This document shows, piece by piece, positions 20,485-28,536 of a DNA stretch of 50,275 nucleotides (positions are counted from its first letter, which is position 1; the number at the start of each line of letters is the position of its first letter). The DNA lies in the sequence record DRR723986_14832. One strand, written 5' to 3'. A model generated the notes under the pieces. It was not told where the DNA came from. It did no database searches and saw nothing but the letters and a program-made list of their open reading frames with translations. The translations under genes were made by a program, and so were the position numbers.

Positions 20485-21338
20485 CCCTTTGAATAAGGGT
20501 CAATAAAACGACTCCCAATCCAAGCTACAATCAGTTTAATGACTTCCTCCCTATCCAAATCATTGATCAATTCATGAAATCCTCCTGGAAAAACTTTTAG
20601 CGTTTTATCTGCTGAAGTAGCTTTTTCATAGAGCAATTCTGAACCCTTTGGATTAGTAAGCCCATCATCAGAACCGTGGATTAGTAAAACTGGCAATTTG
20701 AATTTTGAGGCGTTTGCTTGAATAAAACGCATCATTTGAAGCAGTTCATATCCGGTTCTGGCGGGAACAGCATCTGTGTAAACCAATGGATCGTTCAAAT
20801 ACTTTTCTACTTCCGCAGGAATTCTGGAAATTTTTTGGGCGTCGAGTTTCAGCGCTTTCAATTTGGGAAAGTATTTGCTGATCACACTAGACATAGCAAT
20901 CAGGATTTTAGAGGTGCCCTCTGCCTCTTTTATCGCAGGGGAACTCAATATTACTCCTTTTGTATCTGGATTGTATTTTAGGACATAAGCCGCCACCAAT
21001 CCTCCGCCCATACTATGCCCATAAATGAAGGCAGGAACTCCAGGCACGTAGCTTTTCACCTTTCCAAAAAGGGAATCTATGTCTCTCAAATAATCTTCAT
21101 AGGATTCAAAAAAGGCTGTGGGATCACCTTTCACAGATTTTCCATGCCCTCTTCCATCAAAAGTAAAAACCGAAACACCTGACGCATGCAATTTTTCCAC
21201 TAGATGCAAATACCTCGAACTATGCTCTCCTAAACCATGAACTAGCAATAAGGAAGCCTTGGGAACGTCTACCATCCAAGCCTGGAGATAAAGTTCTATG
21301 CCATCATGGGTTTTGTAGGTAGTTTCGAGATGTTTCAT
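20481..21338 (-). CDS. Alpha/beta hydrolase (lysophospholipase/monoglyceride lipase family)
   Basis: HGLGEH, GHSMGG nucleophile elbow, HGSDD and FHE. Confidence 0.92.
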   Translation of the reverse strand: MKHLETTYKTHDGIELYLQAWMVDVPKASLLLVHGLGEHSSRYLHLVEKLHASGVSVFTFDGRGHGKSVKGDPTAFFESYEDYLRDIDSLFGKVKSYVPGVPAFIYGHSMGGGLVAAYVLKYNPDTKGVILSSPAIKEAEGTSKILIAMSSVISKYFPKLKALKLDAQKISRIPAEVEKYLNDPLVYTDAVPARTGYELLQMMRFIQANASKFKLPVLLIHGSDDGLTNPKGSELLYEKATSADKTLKVFPGGFHELINDLDREEVIKLIVAWIGSRFIDPYSKG

Positions 21339-21543
21339 GAAAGTAATATAAGGGTTGGATAGATAAGTTGCACAGAAAATCGAGAGCTAAAAAATCGCTT
21401 TCATTTCCTGTCCCAAAACCCTGATATGATTAGCAAAACTTAACTAAAGATTAATCTCAATGCAATATCATTTTCTTAAATTGAGCTAACTATTAATAGG
21501 TAGATTCTCTACCTATTTTTCAAACCAACAAAATTTCAAAACG

Positions 21544-22119
21544 ATGAAAAAGATATTATTCCTGACTGGGGATTTTGCTGAAGATTATGAAACTATGGTT
21601 CCAGTACAAATGCTGGAAATGGTAGGCTATGAAGTTCATTCTGTTTGTCCCGGAAAGAAAAAAGGCGAAACCATCAAAACGGCGATTCATGACTTTGAAG
21701 GAGATCTGACTTACACCGAAAAGCCAGGTCACAACTTTATGCTGAGCTACTCTTTTGACCAAGTGGATGTAGATGATTATGTTGGCTTGGCGATTGCCGG
21801 TGGCCGCGCACCAGAATATCTTCGCTTAAACCAGAAACTTCTTGAGATCGTGAAGCACTTCTTTGACACCAACAAACCGGTAGCAGCTGTTTGTCATGGT
21901 ATCCAGATTTTAACGGCGGCGGGAGTTGTAAAAGGTAGAAAGCTGACTGCATATCCAGCTGTAGGCCCTGAGGTAACTATCGCTGGTGGAGAGTTTCAGG
22001 ATATTCCAGCCACAGATGCTTATGTAGATGGCAACCTAGTAACATCCCCAGCTTGGCCAGGTCATCCAGCTTGGATCCGAGAGTTTCTGAAAGTATTGGG
22101 AGCAAAAATTGAGATTTGA
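21544..22119 (+). CDS. DJ-1/PfpI family protein
   Basis: [18 protein letters not shown] and VDGNLVT..AWP. Confidence 0.95.
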   Translation: MKKILFLTGDFAEDYETMVPVQMLEMVGYEVHSVCPGKKKGETIKTAIHDFEGDLTYTEKPGHNFMLSYSFDQVDVDDYVGLAIAGGRAPEYLRLNQKLLEIVKHFFDTNKPVAAVCHGIQILTAAGVVKGRKLTAYPAVGPEVTIAGGEFQDIPATDAYVDGNLVTSPAWPGHPAWIREFLKVLGAKIEI

Positions 22120-22170
22120 TAATATGGTTGGTGTCGGATGTCCGATGCTTTACTACTCATAAAAATCATG

Positions 22171-22203
22171 AGCCCTTTCAGGATTATCCAGAAAGGGCTT
22201 TTT
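22171..22203 (+). terminator. Intrinsic terminator of the PfpI gene
   Basis: AGCCCTTTC...GAAAGGGCT followed by TTTT. Confidence 0.85.
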
Positions 22204-22253
22204 CATTCTATTTCATATGTAACGAATTCAATTAATAAGTAATTTGTCACACT

Positions 22254-22417
22254 ATGCCTACTGTTCTTAGAGAAAATGGATATCGATTTTTCTTCTACAG
22301 CAATGATCATTTGCCGAAACATACTCATGTGGAAAAGTCAGGTTTTCAGAAATCCGTACATTAATTGAATTAAACGTTCTACTATTTGATCAAAAATGGG
22401 ATGAGTACTTTAACTAA
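22254..22417 (+). pseudogene. Decayed DUF4160 (HicA-like) toxin-antitoxin gene
   Basis: MPTVLRENGYRFFFYSNDHLPKHTHVEK.. stops at 22362-22364; the family-like C-terminus EIRTLIELNVLLFDQKWDEYFN* continues in another frame to 22417. Confidence 0.85.
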
Positions 22418-22637
22418 ATTCAAATCAAACCAAGCATCTAGCCTTTCCTTTTCCGATAGCAAAATGAAAATTAGTATGGAAGATGGAAGAGAAATAAGTA
22501 TTCCATTAGAATGGTTTCCTACTCTCAAAAATGCCTCCGACGCAGAATTAAATAACTGGCGATTTATTGGTGATGGAGAGGGAATTCACTGGGAAGATCT
22601 AGATGATGACTTATTGATAAGTGAATTGATTTCCTAA
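22401..22637 (+). CDS. DUF2442 domain protein (partner of DUF4160)
   Basis: DGREISIPLEWFPTL..A...LNNW..IG.GEGIHWEDLDDDL; the ATG at 22401 overlaps the DUF4160 end. Confidence 0.9.
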   Translation: MSTLTKFKSNQASSLSFSDSKMKISMEDGREISIPLEWFPTLKNASDAELNNWRFIGDGEGIHWEDLDDDLLISELIS

Positions 22638-22713
22638 AATTCTACTAGATATAAAAAAGAAAAGAATCAAAACCAATCAGGTCTTAATACTTGGCTTTCA
22701 AGTTTTGATTCTC

Positions 22714-22748
22714 CGACTTTAGACTTTAGATTTTTCACTTTAGACTTT
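22714..22748. repeat. Tandem heptamer array (consensus AGACTTT x5)
   Basis: CGACTTT AGACTTT AGATTTT TCACTTT AGACTTT, abutting the menB stop. Confidence 0.8.
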
Positions 22749-23582
22749 TTACGGTATCCACTTATTCTTCCCAAAATCAGGCTTTCTCTTCTCCAAGAAA
22801 GCATTTCTACCTTCCTTAGCTTCCTCTGTTCCGTAGGCCAGGCGCGTTGCTTCTCCAGCAAAAACCTGCTGGCCAACCATGCCGTCATCAGTCAGGTTCA
22901 TCGCAAACTTCAGCATTTTGATTGAAGTTGGAGACTTGGCTAAAATCTCCTTAGCCCACTCATAAGCCGTTGATTCTAATTCAGCATGCGGAATGACTGC
23001 ATTCACCATTCCCATTTCGTAGGCTTCCTGAGCGGAATAATTTCTACCTAAAAAGAATATTTCACGTGCTTTCTTCTGCCCCACCATCTTTGCCAAATAA
23101 GCAGAACCATATCCCCCATCAAAGCTGGTCACATCTGCATCTGTTTGCTTGAAGATCGCATGCTCCTTGCTTGCCAAAGTGAGATCACAAACTACATGGA
23201 GAGAATGTCCACCACCTACTGCCCATCCTGGAACTACGGCGATCACAACCTTCGGCATAAAACGGATCAGGCGCTGAACTTCCAAAATATTCAACCGGTG
23301 ATAGCCATCTTCACCCACATACCCTTGATTTCCTCTAGCTTTCTGATCTCCGCCAGAGCAAAATGCCCAACCACCATCTTTTGCAGAAGGCCCTTCCCCA
23401 CTCAATAATACAACTCCAATCGAGGTGTCTTCCTGTGCATCGTAAAATGCATCATATAATTCCGCAGTAGTTTTAGGGCGAAATGCATTTCTCACTTCCG
23501 GGCGATTGAAAGCGATTCTGGCCACGCCATCGCATTTTTTATAGGTAATATCTTCGTATTCTTTTGCTGTGATCCAGTTCAT
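22749..23582 (-). CDS. menB: 1,4-dihydroxy-2-naphthoyl-CoA synthase
   Basis: RPEVRNAFRP, FCSGGDQ, GGGHSLHVVCD, SFDGGYGS and EGRNAFLEKRKPDF. Confidence 0.97.
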   Translation of the reverse strand: MNWITAKEYEDITYKKCDGVARIAFNRPEVRNAFRPKTTAELYDAFYDAQEDTSIGVVLLSGEGPSAKDGGWAFCSGGDQKARGNQGYVGEDGYHRLNILEVQRLIRFMPKVVIAVVPGWAVGGGHSLHVVCDLTLASKEHAIFKQTDADVTSFDGGYGSAYLAKMVGQKKAREIFFLGRNYSAQEAYEMGMVNAVIPHAELESTAYEWAKEILAKSPTSIKMLKFAMNLTDDGMVGQQVFAGEATRLAYGTEEAKEGRNAFLEKRKPDFGKNKWIP

Positions 23583-23685
23583 ATCTTTCGATTTGGGTAA
23601 AAATCTAATTCTTTTGCAAGATAACAGGCTTCCCTGAATTTTGAAGCCAGGATTACTACCTTCGGAAAAACCACTATAATCTCAC

Positions 23686-24753
23686 ATGTTTCAACTTAGT
23701 TTCGGCAGTCATACTTATCAGAAAAAAGAGGATTTCGACCAAGAATTTACTGATTTACCTGACTTTGCGATAGGTGCATTGAAATTCTGTAATGACTGGT
23801 TTTCGGAGAAAGAAAGCTTTGTACAGCAAACCTCAGGGTCAACTGGAATTCCAAAGAAAATTGAGATTACAAGAGCTCAGATGATTGCAAGTGCAAAAGG
23901 GACGCAAGCTTTTTTTCAAACAGATCAGAGCACCAAACTCCTTTGCTGCCTAGATCCATCCTATATCGCTGGGAAGATGATGCTCGTTCGTGCTATGGTC
24001 TGGGATTGTCAAATTGAGTTAACTGAACCTAAGTCAAATCCTCTTTCGGAAATTGTAACTATACCCGATTTTGTTGCGATGGTTCCCCTTCAAGTTGATG
24101 CATGCCTTCGAGAAAAATCTTCGCTTGAGAAGCTGAGAGCTGTAAAAAACTTACTAATTGGCGGCGCTCCTGTTGGTTTTTCTTTGAAAGATGAACTGGT
24201 TAAAAACGGCATTGAAGCTTACCAAACCTATGGTATGACGGAAACCGTATCTCACATCGCTGTAGCAAAAATCGAAAAAGGAGATTTGATTTATCGCGTT
24301 CTTCCAGGAGTTGAATTTGGAGTAGATGAAAGAAATGCCCTATGGGTAAAATCGGCTTCGAGTAACAATGAATTAGTCAAGACAAATGATTTGGTCGAGC
24401 TAATCCATCAAAACTCTTTTAAATGGCTAGGAAGAGCTGACTTTGTCGTCAACTCAGGCGGAGTCAAGCTTCATCCAGAACTATTGGAATCAAAAGCTGA
24501 AAGTACCATTCATAACTTCTATCCAACTGCTTCATTTTTCTTTTTTGGAATGAAAGATGTAAGACTAGGTGAAAAATTATGTTTGGCAGTAGAGTCAACT
24601 AATATCAACAAGGAAGTAAGTCAGCAACTTCTAAAAGCGCTAAAGAAAGTCATGAACAAATATGAAATCCCGAAAAACACTTTTGTCATCTCCTCGTTTT
24701 CAAGAACGAACACAGGGAAAATAAACAGACCTAAAACCATAGAAAATTTATGA
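23686..24753 (+). CDS. menE: O-succinylbenzoate-CoA ligase (short Bacteroidota type)
   Basis: TSGSTGIPK, YIAGKMM, YGMTET, TND, GRAD..NSGGVK and TGKI; divergent from menB. Confidence 0.88.
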   Translation: MFQLSFGSHTYQKKEDFDQEFTDLPDFAIGALKFCNDWFSEKESFVQQTSGSTGIPKKIEITRAQMIASAKGTQAFFQTDQSTKLLCCLDPSYIAGKMMLVRAMVWDCQIELTEPKSNPLSEIVTIPDFVAMVPLQVDACLREKSSLEKLRAVKNLLIGGAPVGFSLKDELVKNGIEAYQTYGMTETVSHIAVAKIEKGDLIYRVLPGVEFGVDERNALWVKSASSNNELVKTNDLVELIHQNSFKWLGRADFVVNSGGVKLHPELLESKAESTIHNFYPTASFFFFGMKDVRLGEKLCLAVESTNINKEVSQQLLKALKKVMNKYEIPKNTFVISSFSRTNTGKINRPKTIENL

Positions 24754-25178
24754 AGCTGGCAATTCTAAGCCTATTCTTTCTTTTCAATTTCAATCCATGC
24801 CAAAAAGAATATGGTACGATTGAGTTGGTAATTTCTGAAACGTCAAATGATGAAGGTGTCATTCAGCTGCTCATTTTTAACCAAGAAAAAGGCTGGCCAG
24901 AGTCTTTGGATGATGCCTGGAAAATAGTGACTCTTCAACTCAAGAACGGAACAGCTAAGCAAACTATCCCTAATGTACCCGCTGGAAACTATGCGATAAC
25001 AGTTTTTCATGACCATGACGAAGATGGGAAAATCAGGAAAAACAAGATCGGCTACCCCATAGACCCTTTTGGCTTTTCTAATAATCCAAGCTTGCTTTTT
25101 GGAGTTCCTTCTTTTGAAAAATGTAATCAGAAAGTTACGGCAAGTAAGACCACCCGGTTCGAAATTGATCTACGCTAA
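24750..25178 (+). CDS. DUF2141 family secreted protein
   Basis: GNYAITVFHDHDEDG..GYP..FGFSNNP...P.F; 4-nt overlap with menE. Confidence 0.85.
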   Translation: MKLAILSLFFLFNFNPCQKEYGTIELVISETSNDEGVIQLLIFNQEKGWPESLDDAWKIVTLQLKNGTAKQTIPNVPAGNYAITVFHDHDEDGKIRKNKIGYPIDPFGFSNNPSLLFGVPSFEKCNQKVTASKTTRFEIDLR

Positions 25179-25200
25179 ATCTTTTTTAATCTAAAAGACC

Positions 25201-25208
25201 TACTTTTG
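25201..25208 (+). promoter_or_regulatory. Bacteroidota -7 promoter element
   Basis: TACTTTTG is an exact TAnnTTTG match about 100 nt upstream of the 25306 ORF. Confidence 0.6.
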
Positions 25209-25305
25209 CAGTGATGAAATCGAGCATTACGAAGAAAATCGCATGCAGGTAGACATACCCATCTTGCGAGATTCCATGTGCCCTAAAAAATCAAATTATT
25301 AACAC

Positions 25306-26067
25306 ATGAAAAAGAGTAACGACCACACTAGCGGAGTTGTAATTGAATTTGATTCAGGAGTAATTCCGCCACCATATAGTCATGTGTATAGATTGTCCTT
25401 GGACTGGAGCACATCTGAATTATTCGCAGAATTAGAGCTACACTATACTGATAGAGAGGACTTGACCGAAGATGAGATTTTAGATGAAGGATTTACTGCT
25501 AATGATGATTTCAGCTTCAAGGGCAAACTTGATTATGTCTGGAAAAAAGTAGTTTCAATAGAATTCGAAAAAACTAAGTGGAGCGGAAGGCATCTAGAAG
25601 AAGGCGGGATCGTTCTTTCAGCATTAGAAAACGGTAAACCTGGTCCATCAAAAGCTCCTGTTGAGCAGGAAGCCTGGCAAATGCTTGCTCAGGATGTGAT
25701 TCAGGCTATTTACGAGACTTCTAAGAAGGAAGCTCCTTTGACAGTGAATTACCGTCAAGTGACCAACGAAGGAAGTAATGATTGCTCAATTACCATGAAT
25801 TTCTCCACTCGTGAGGCAGTATTCACGCTGAAAAATGAATCCAGAACAATCAACTGGGAATATGCCGTTCAATTACTGAAACTGGTCTTTTCTCCAGATT
25901 ACAACTATGAGATAGCAAAAGAAACTGCAGGTACAAAACGAGGTGAATACATCGAATGCGGAGATGGTTATTGGCATGAGTTAGGAAAAGGGGTTATCAA
26001 CATTGACAACTCATTTGATGCTGTTGGAAGAATAAAAGATGGATTTGAAAACCTGATAGAGGAATAA
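25306..26067 (+). CDS. Hypothetical acidic cytoplasmic protein
   Basis: 253-aa ORF with an AT-rich leader; no family recognised. Confidence 0.8.
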   Translation: MKKSNDHTSGVVIEFDSGVIPPPYSHVYRLSLDWSTSELFAELELHYTDREDLTEDEILDEGFTANDDFSFKGKLDYVWKKVVSIEFEKTKWSGRHLEEGGIVLSALENGKPGPSKAPVEQEAWQMLAQDVIQAIYETSKKEAPLTVNYRQVTNEGSNDCSITMNFSTREAVFTLKNESRTINWEYAVQLLKLVFSPDYNYEIAKETAGTKRGEYIECGDGYWHELGKGVINIDNSFDAVGRIKDGFENLIEE

Positions 26068-26090
26068 AAACATTCTGCAAATTGCATTTA

Positions 26091-26136
26091 AAAGCCTGAT
26101 TCGTTTAACTTTAGCTAAACAGAATCAGGTTTTTTT
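26091..26136 (+). terminator. Terminator-like hairpin immediately before the TIR gene
   Basis: CCTGATTC-GTTTA..TAAAC-a-GAATCAGG followed by T7, which ends at the ATG. Confidence 0.7.
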
Positions 26137-27117
26137 ATGGAAAAGAATAAAATTTTTCTCAGCCACAGACATTCCGACACACAAAGTGATTGTCATCGAA
26201 TCAGGGAAACGCTAGAACAAGAATTTGGTGAAGATGCTGTTTTCTTAGACATAGAAAATCTTGAGCCTGGAATTCGCTTCGCCGACGCGATAGATAAAGC
26301 ACTAAAGGAAAGCAAAGTCGTGCTGGTGGCCATAGGCCCAGACTGGTTTGGTGATCCTAACGAAAATGGAGTTACCAGACTTTTTCAAGAAAAAGACTGG
26401 GTCAGAAGAGAAGTAAGTGCTGCACTTGCGAAACCGGATACCCGAGTGATTCCTTTGTTGCTGAAGGGTGCTTCTAGACCCACTGCGGATCAGTTGCCTG
26501 ATGAACTAAAAGAACTTGCAGACTTACAAACTTTTGAAATATCAATCACCCGATGGAAATATGATTTGGGAGTGCTACTGGAAGCACTTGCGAAACTTAT
26601 CCCTAGAAAGAAGAAACCTGCTGGTCCATTCCCATACAATCCTACCCCAATTCCAAGACCTAAGAAAAGCTGGTGGGGAAGAAATTACCTTTGGGTACTT
26701 GGGATTTTTGTAGTGCTGATGATTGTAATGATCAGCAGTGAGGAGTTTCAAGATGGATATCAAGATGGACTTAATGGTTCAGAAACTGTTTATGATGATG
26801 AATTTTTGGATGAACCAGAGGAATCACTAACCAGTATATATGTGATATATACTGGAGATGATTATGGTTGTGCATTAGATCTGAAAATAAATATTGGAGG
26901 CAAAATATTCACTCCTGTGGGAAATGAATATTTGATTTCAGGATTAAAACAAGGCACTCAACCCTATTCTATAACTGGAATAATTGGCTGTCCAAATCAA
27001 GGAACATGTACTGCGAATGGCTCTGGGAATTTGGAAATTATTCCTAATGGAAATTACTATGTAAGTTGGAATACAACAGAAGTAGGCAATTGTGCTATTA
27101 AACTATCCATGCACTAG
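26137..27117 (+). CDS. TIR-domain (TIR_2) protein with one transmembrane helix and a C-terminal Cys-containing domain
   Basis: IFLSHRHSD, VFLD..LEPG..F..I..AL..S.V.LV.IG..W, DWVRREV, VIPLLL; TM YLWVLGIFVVLMIVMIS. Confidence 0.88.
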   Translation: MEKNKIFLSHRHSDTQSDCHRIRETLEQEFGEDAVFLDIENLEPGIRFADAIDKALKESKVVLVAIGPDWFGDPNENGVTRLFQEKDWVRREVSAALAKPDTRVIPLLLKGASRPTADQLPDELKELADLQTFEISITRWKYDLGVLLEALAKLIPRKKKPAGPFPYNPTPIPRPKKSWWGRNYLWVLGIFVVLMIVMISSEEFQDGYQDGLNGSETVYDDEFLDEPEESLTSIYVIYTGDDYGCALDLKINIGGKIFTPVGNEYLISGLKQGTQPYSITGIIGCPNQGTCTANGSGNLEIIPNGNYYVSWNTTEVGNCAIKLSMH

Positions 27118-27163
27118 TTTCTCCGAGATTCTCTTTCAAAACCTTAGAATATTTATTTAACGC

Positions 27164-27937
27164 TTATCCTTTTAGCGTCCTGAGGTCTGCCCGAATATCT
27201 GAGATCATTTCTCCAAGGTCTTCCAAACTTAATGGCTTTTTCTTGTCACCAGGATTTGGAAAATCAGTACTGATAAAGGCCTTCGCTTCCCATACCTCGA
27301 CAACATCCTCACCTTTCACCTCGTAGGGTTTGTACTGCTCATTGTCAGAAACCAAGAATAGTTTGCCATTATCGCTCAGGTAATTGAACACGCGCTTATA
27401 AACTACACCTTCTGTATCTGTCACGAGCACATAGGTTTTGCCACTTTTGATATCTTTCAACTGGTCGACATAAGCACCGATAACTATGGTGCCTGAAGTC
27501 AAAGGAAGCATGGAATCTCCCGCTAGCTCAAACGCACGATAGGTAGCCTGCTTAGATAATGTTGGAATCTGAAACTGAGGCAAGCTCTCCATGTATTCCG
27601 TATCGGCAAATCCATTTAGATACCCAGCTGATGCCTTCTGCCCTACCAGCGTGATATTCTCTTTTTCGTCTTCGTCACATGCAATCGTCAAAATATTGAT
27701 TCCTCGCTTCTGTATTGCCTTTCTCCCCAGACTCTCAATATCATGATTTAGAAGCTCTTCCATTCCCACCTCCAAGATGTCACATAGCTTTCCAAGCGTC
27801 AATAACTTTGGTTCAGACCTCCCATCTTCATAGGCTGAGATCATAGTACGCTGCACATCTAATTGATCTGCCAACTCATTTTGGGTGATACCTTTTTGCT
27901 TTCGCAAAAACCGGAGGTTGGAAGCAAGGTTTTTCAT
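27164..27937 (-). CDS. XRE-HTH + S24 peptidase repressor (CI/LexA-like)
   Basis: NLRFLRKQKGITQNELA..ISAYEDGRSEP; A-G site ASAGY; catalytic Ser in GDSM and Lys in YKR. Confidence 0.92.
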   Translation of the reverse strand: MKNLASNLRFLRKQKGITQNELADQLDVQRTMISAYEDGRSEPKLLTLGKLCDILEVGMEELLNHDIESLGRKAIQKRGINILTIACDEDEKENITLVGQKASAGYLNGFADTEYMESLPQFQIPTLSKQATYRAFELAGDSMLPLTSGTIVIGAYVDQLKDIKSGKTYVLVTDTEGVVYKRVFNYLSDNGKLFLVSDNEQYKPYEVKGEDVVEVWEAKAFISTDFPNPGDKKKPLSLEDLGEMISDIRADLRTLKG

Positions 27938-28191
27938 GCTGAGTACAAATAAAAGTTATGATCTTCTGGACTAGCCGGAATTGGGAAAAATGGATTCATG
28001 TTCATCGCAGCACTTCTTCTGCGCTCCATACGCTGTTTGATCTCTTCAATGATTTCCCCAACAGGCTTTGGACCATTCACAAGCAAATAGCCGTATTGTG
28101 GTTTAGCCTCGTCTTCAATAAAAAATTTCACTTGGCAATTTCCTGAAGCCAAAGTCTTGGTAGTGATGCTGATCTTCTCTTGATTTTCCAT
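27934..28191 (-). CDS. Small hypothetical protein translationally coupled to the repressor
   Basis: MENQEKISI..; its TGA overlaps the repressor ATG (ATGA). Confidence 0.75.
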   Translation of the reverse strand: MENQEKISITTKTLASGNCQVKFFIEDEAKPQYGYLLVNGPKPVGEIIEEIKQRMERRRSAAMNMNPFFPIPASPEDHNFYLYSA

Positions 28192-28223
28192 AGTAGATTC
28201 TTTTAACATCAGCTAAGATATAA

Positions 28224-28265
28224 ATGTTGCTTTTATAAACATAAAGATGATTGAAAAATAAACAT
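28224..28265. promoter_or_regulatory. Two tandem palindromic boxes, candidate operators
   Basis: ATGTT-N9-AACAT (28224-28242) and ATGAT-N9-AACAT (28247-28265). Confidence 0.55.
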
Positions 28266-28536
28266 TTTACTCCGACGTAAATTGTCAATTATGTTTTCCA
28301 CCCTGAGAAAAGCAATAAAACACCTAGAACATATCAGCTTTTTCTTTGAAAAGCCATGTATATAAATATATTATTTACTACTCAATAGAGCATTTGACCG
28401 CTTAGCCAATTATCGCTCTTTATCCTGAACAATAGTTCGTTCATTTGGCTTAAAGTCTTTGACTAAAATACCACCAAAAAATCTCTCTATGAATGGGAGA
28501 CCAGCTTTTTTTAAAGCATCCAACTAACCTACACCA

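Noticed and set aside
22667-22888. 73-aa minus-strand ORF
   Set aside because: It is an alternate frame of menB running into the heptamer array, which produces the KSKV repeats.
23686-24753. MenE looks truncated at 355 aa
   Set aside because: All adenylation motifs are present and short MenE is usual in Bacteroidota; no sign of a frameshift.
27164-28191. CI-like repressor as a prophage marker
   Set aside because: No integrase, structural, replication or lysis genes and no att-like repeats were seen nearby.
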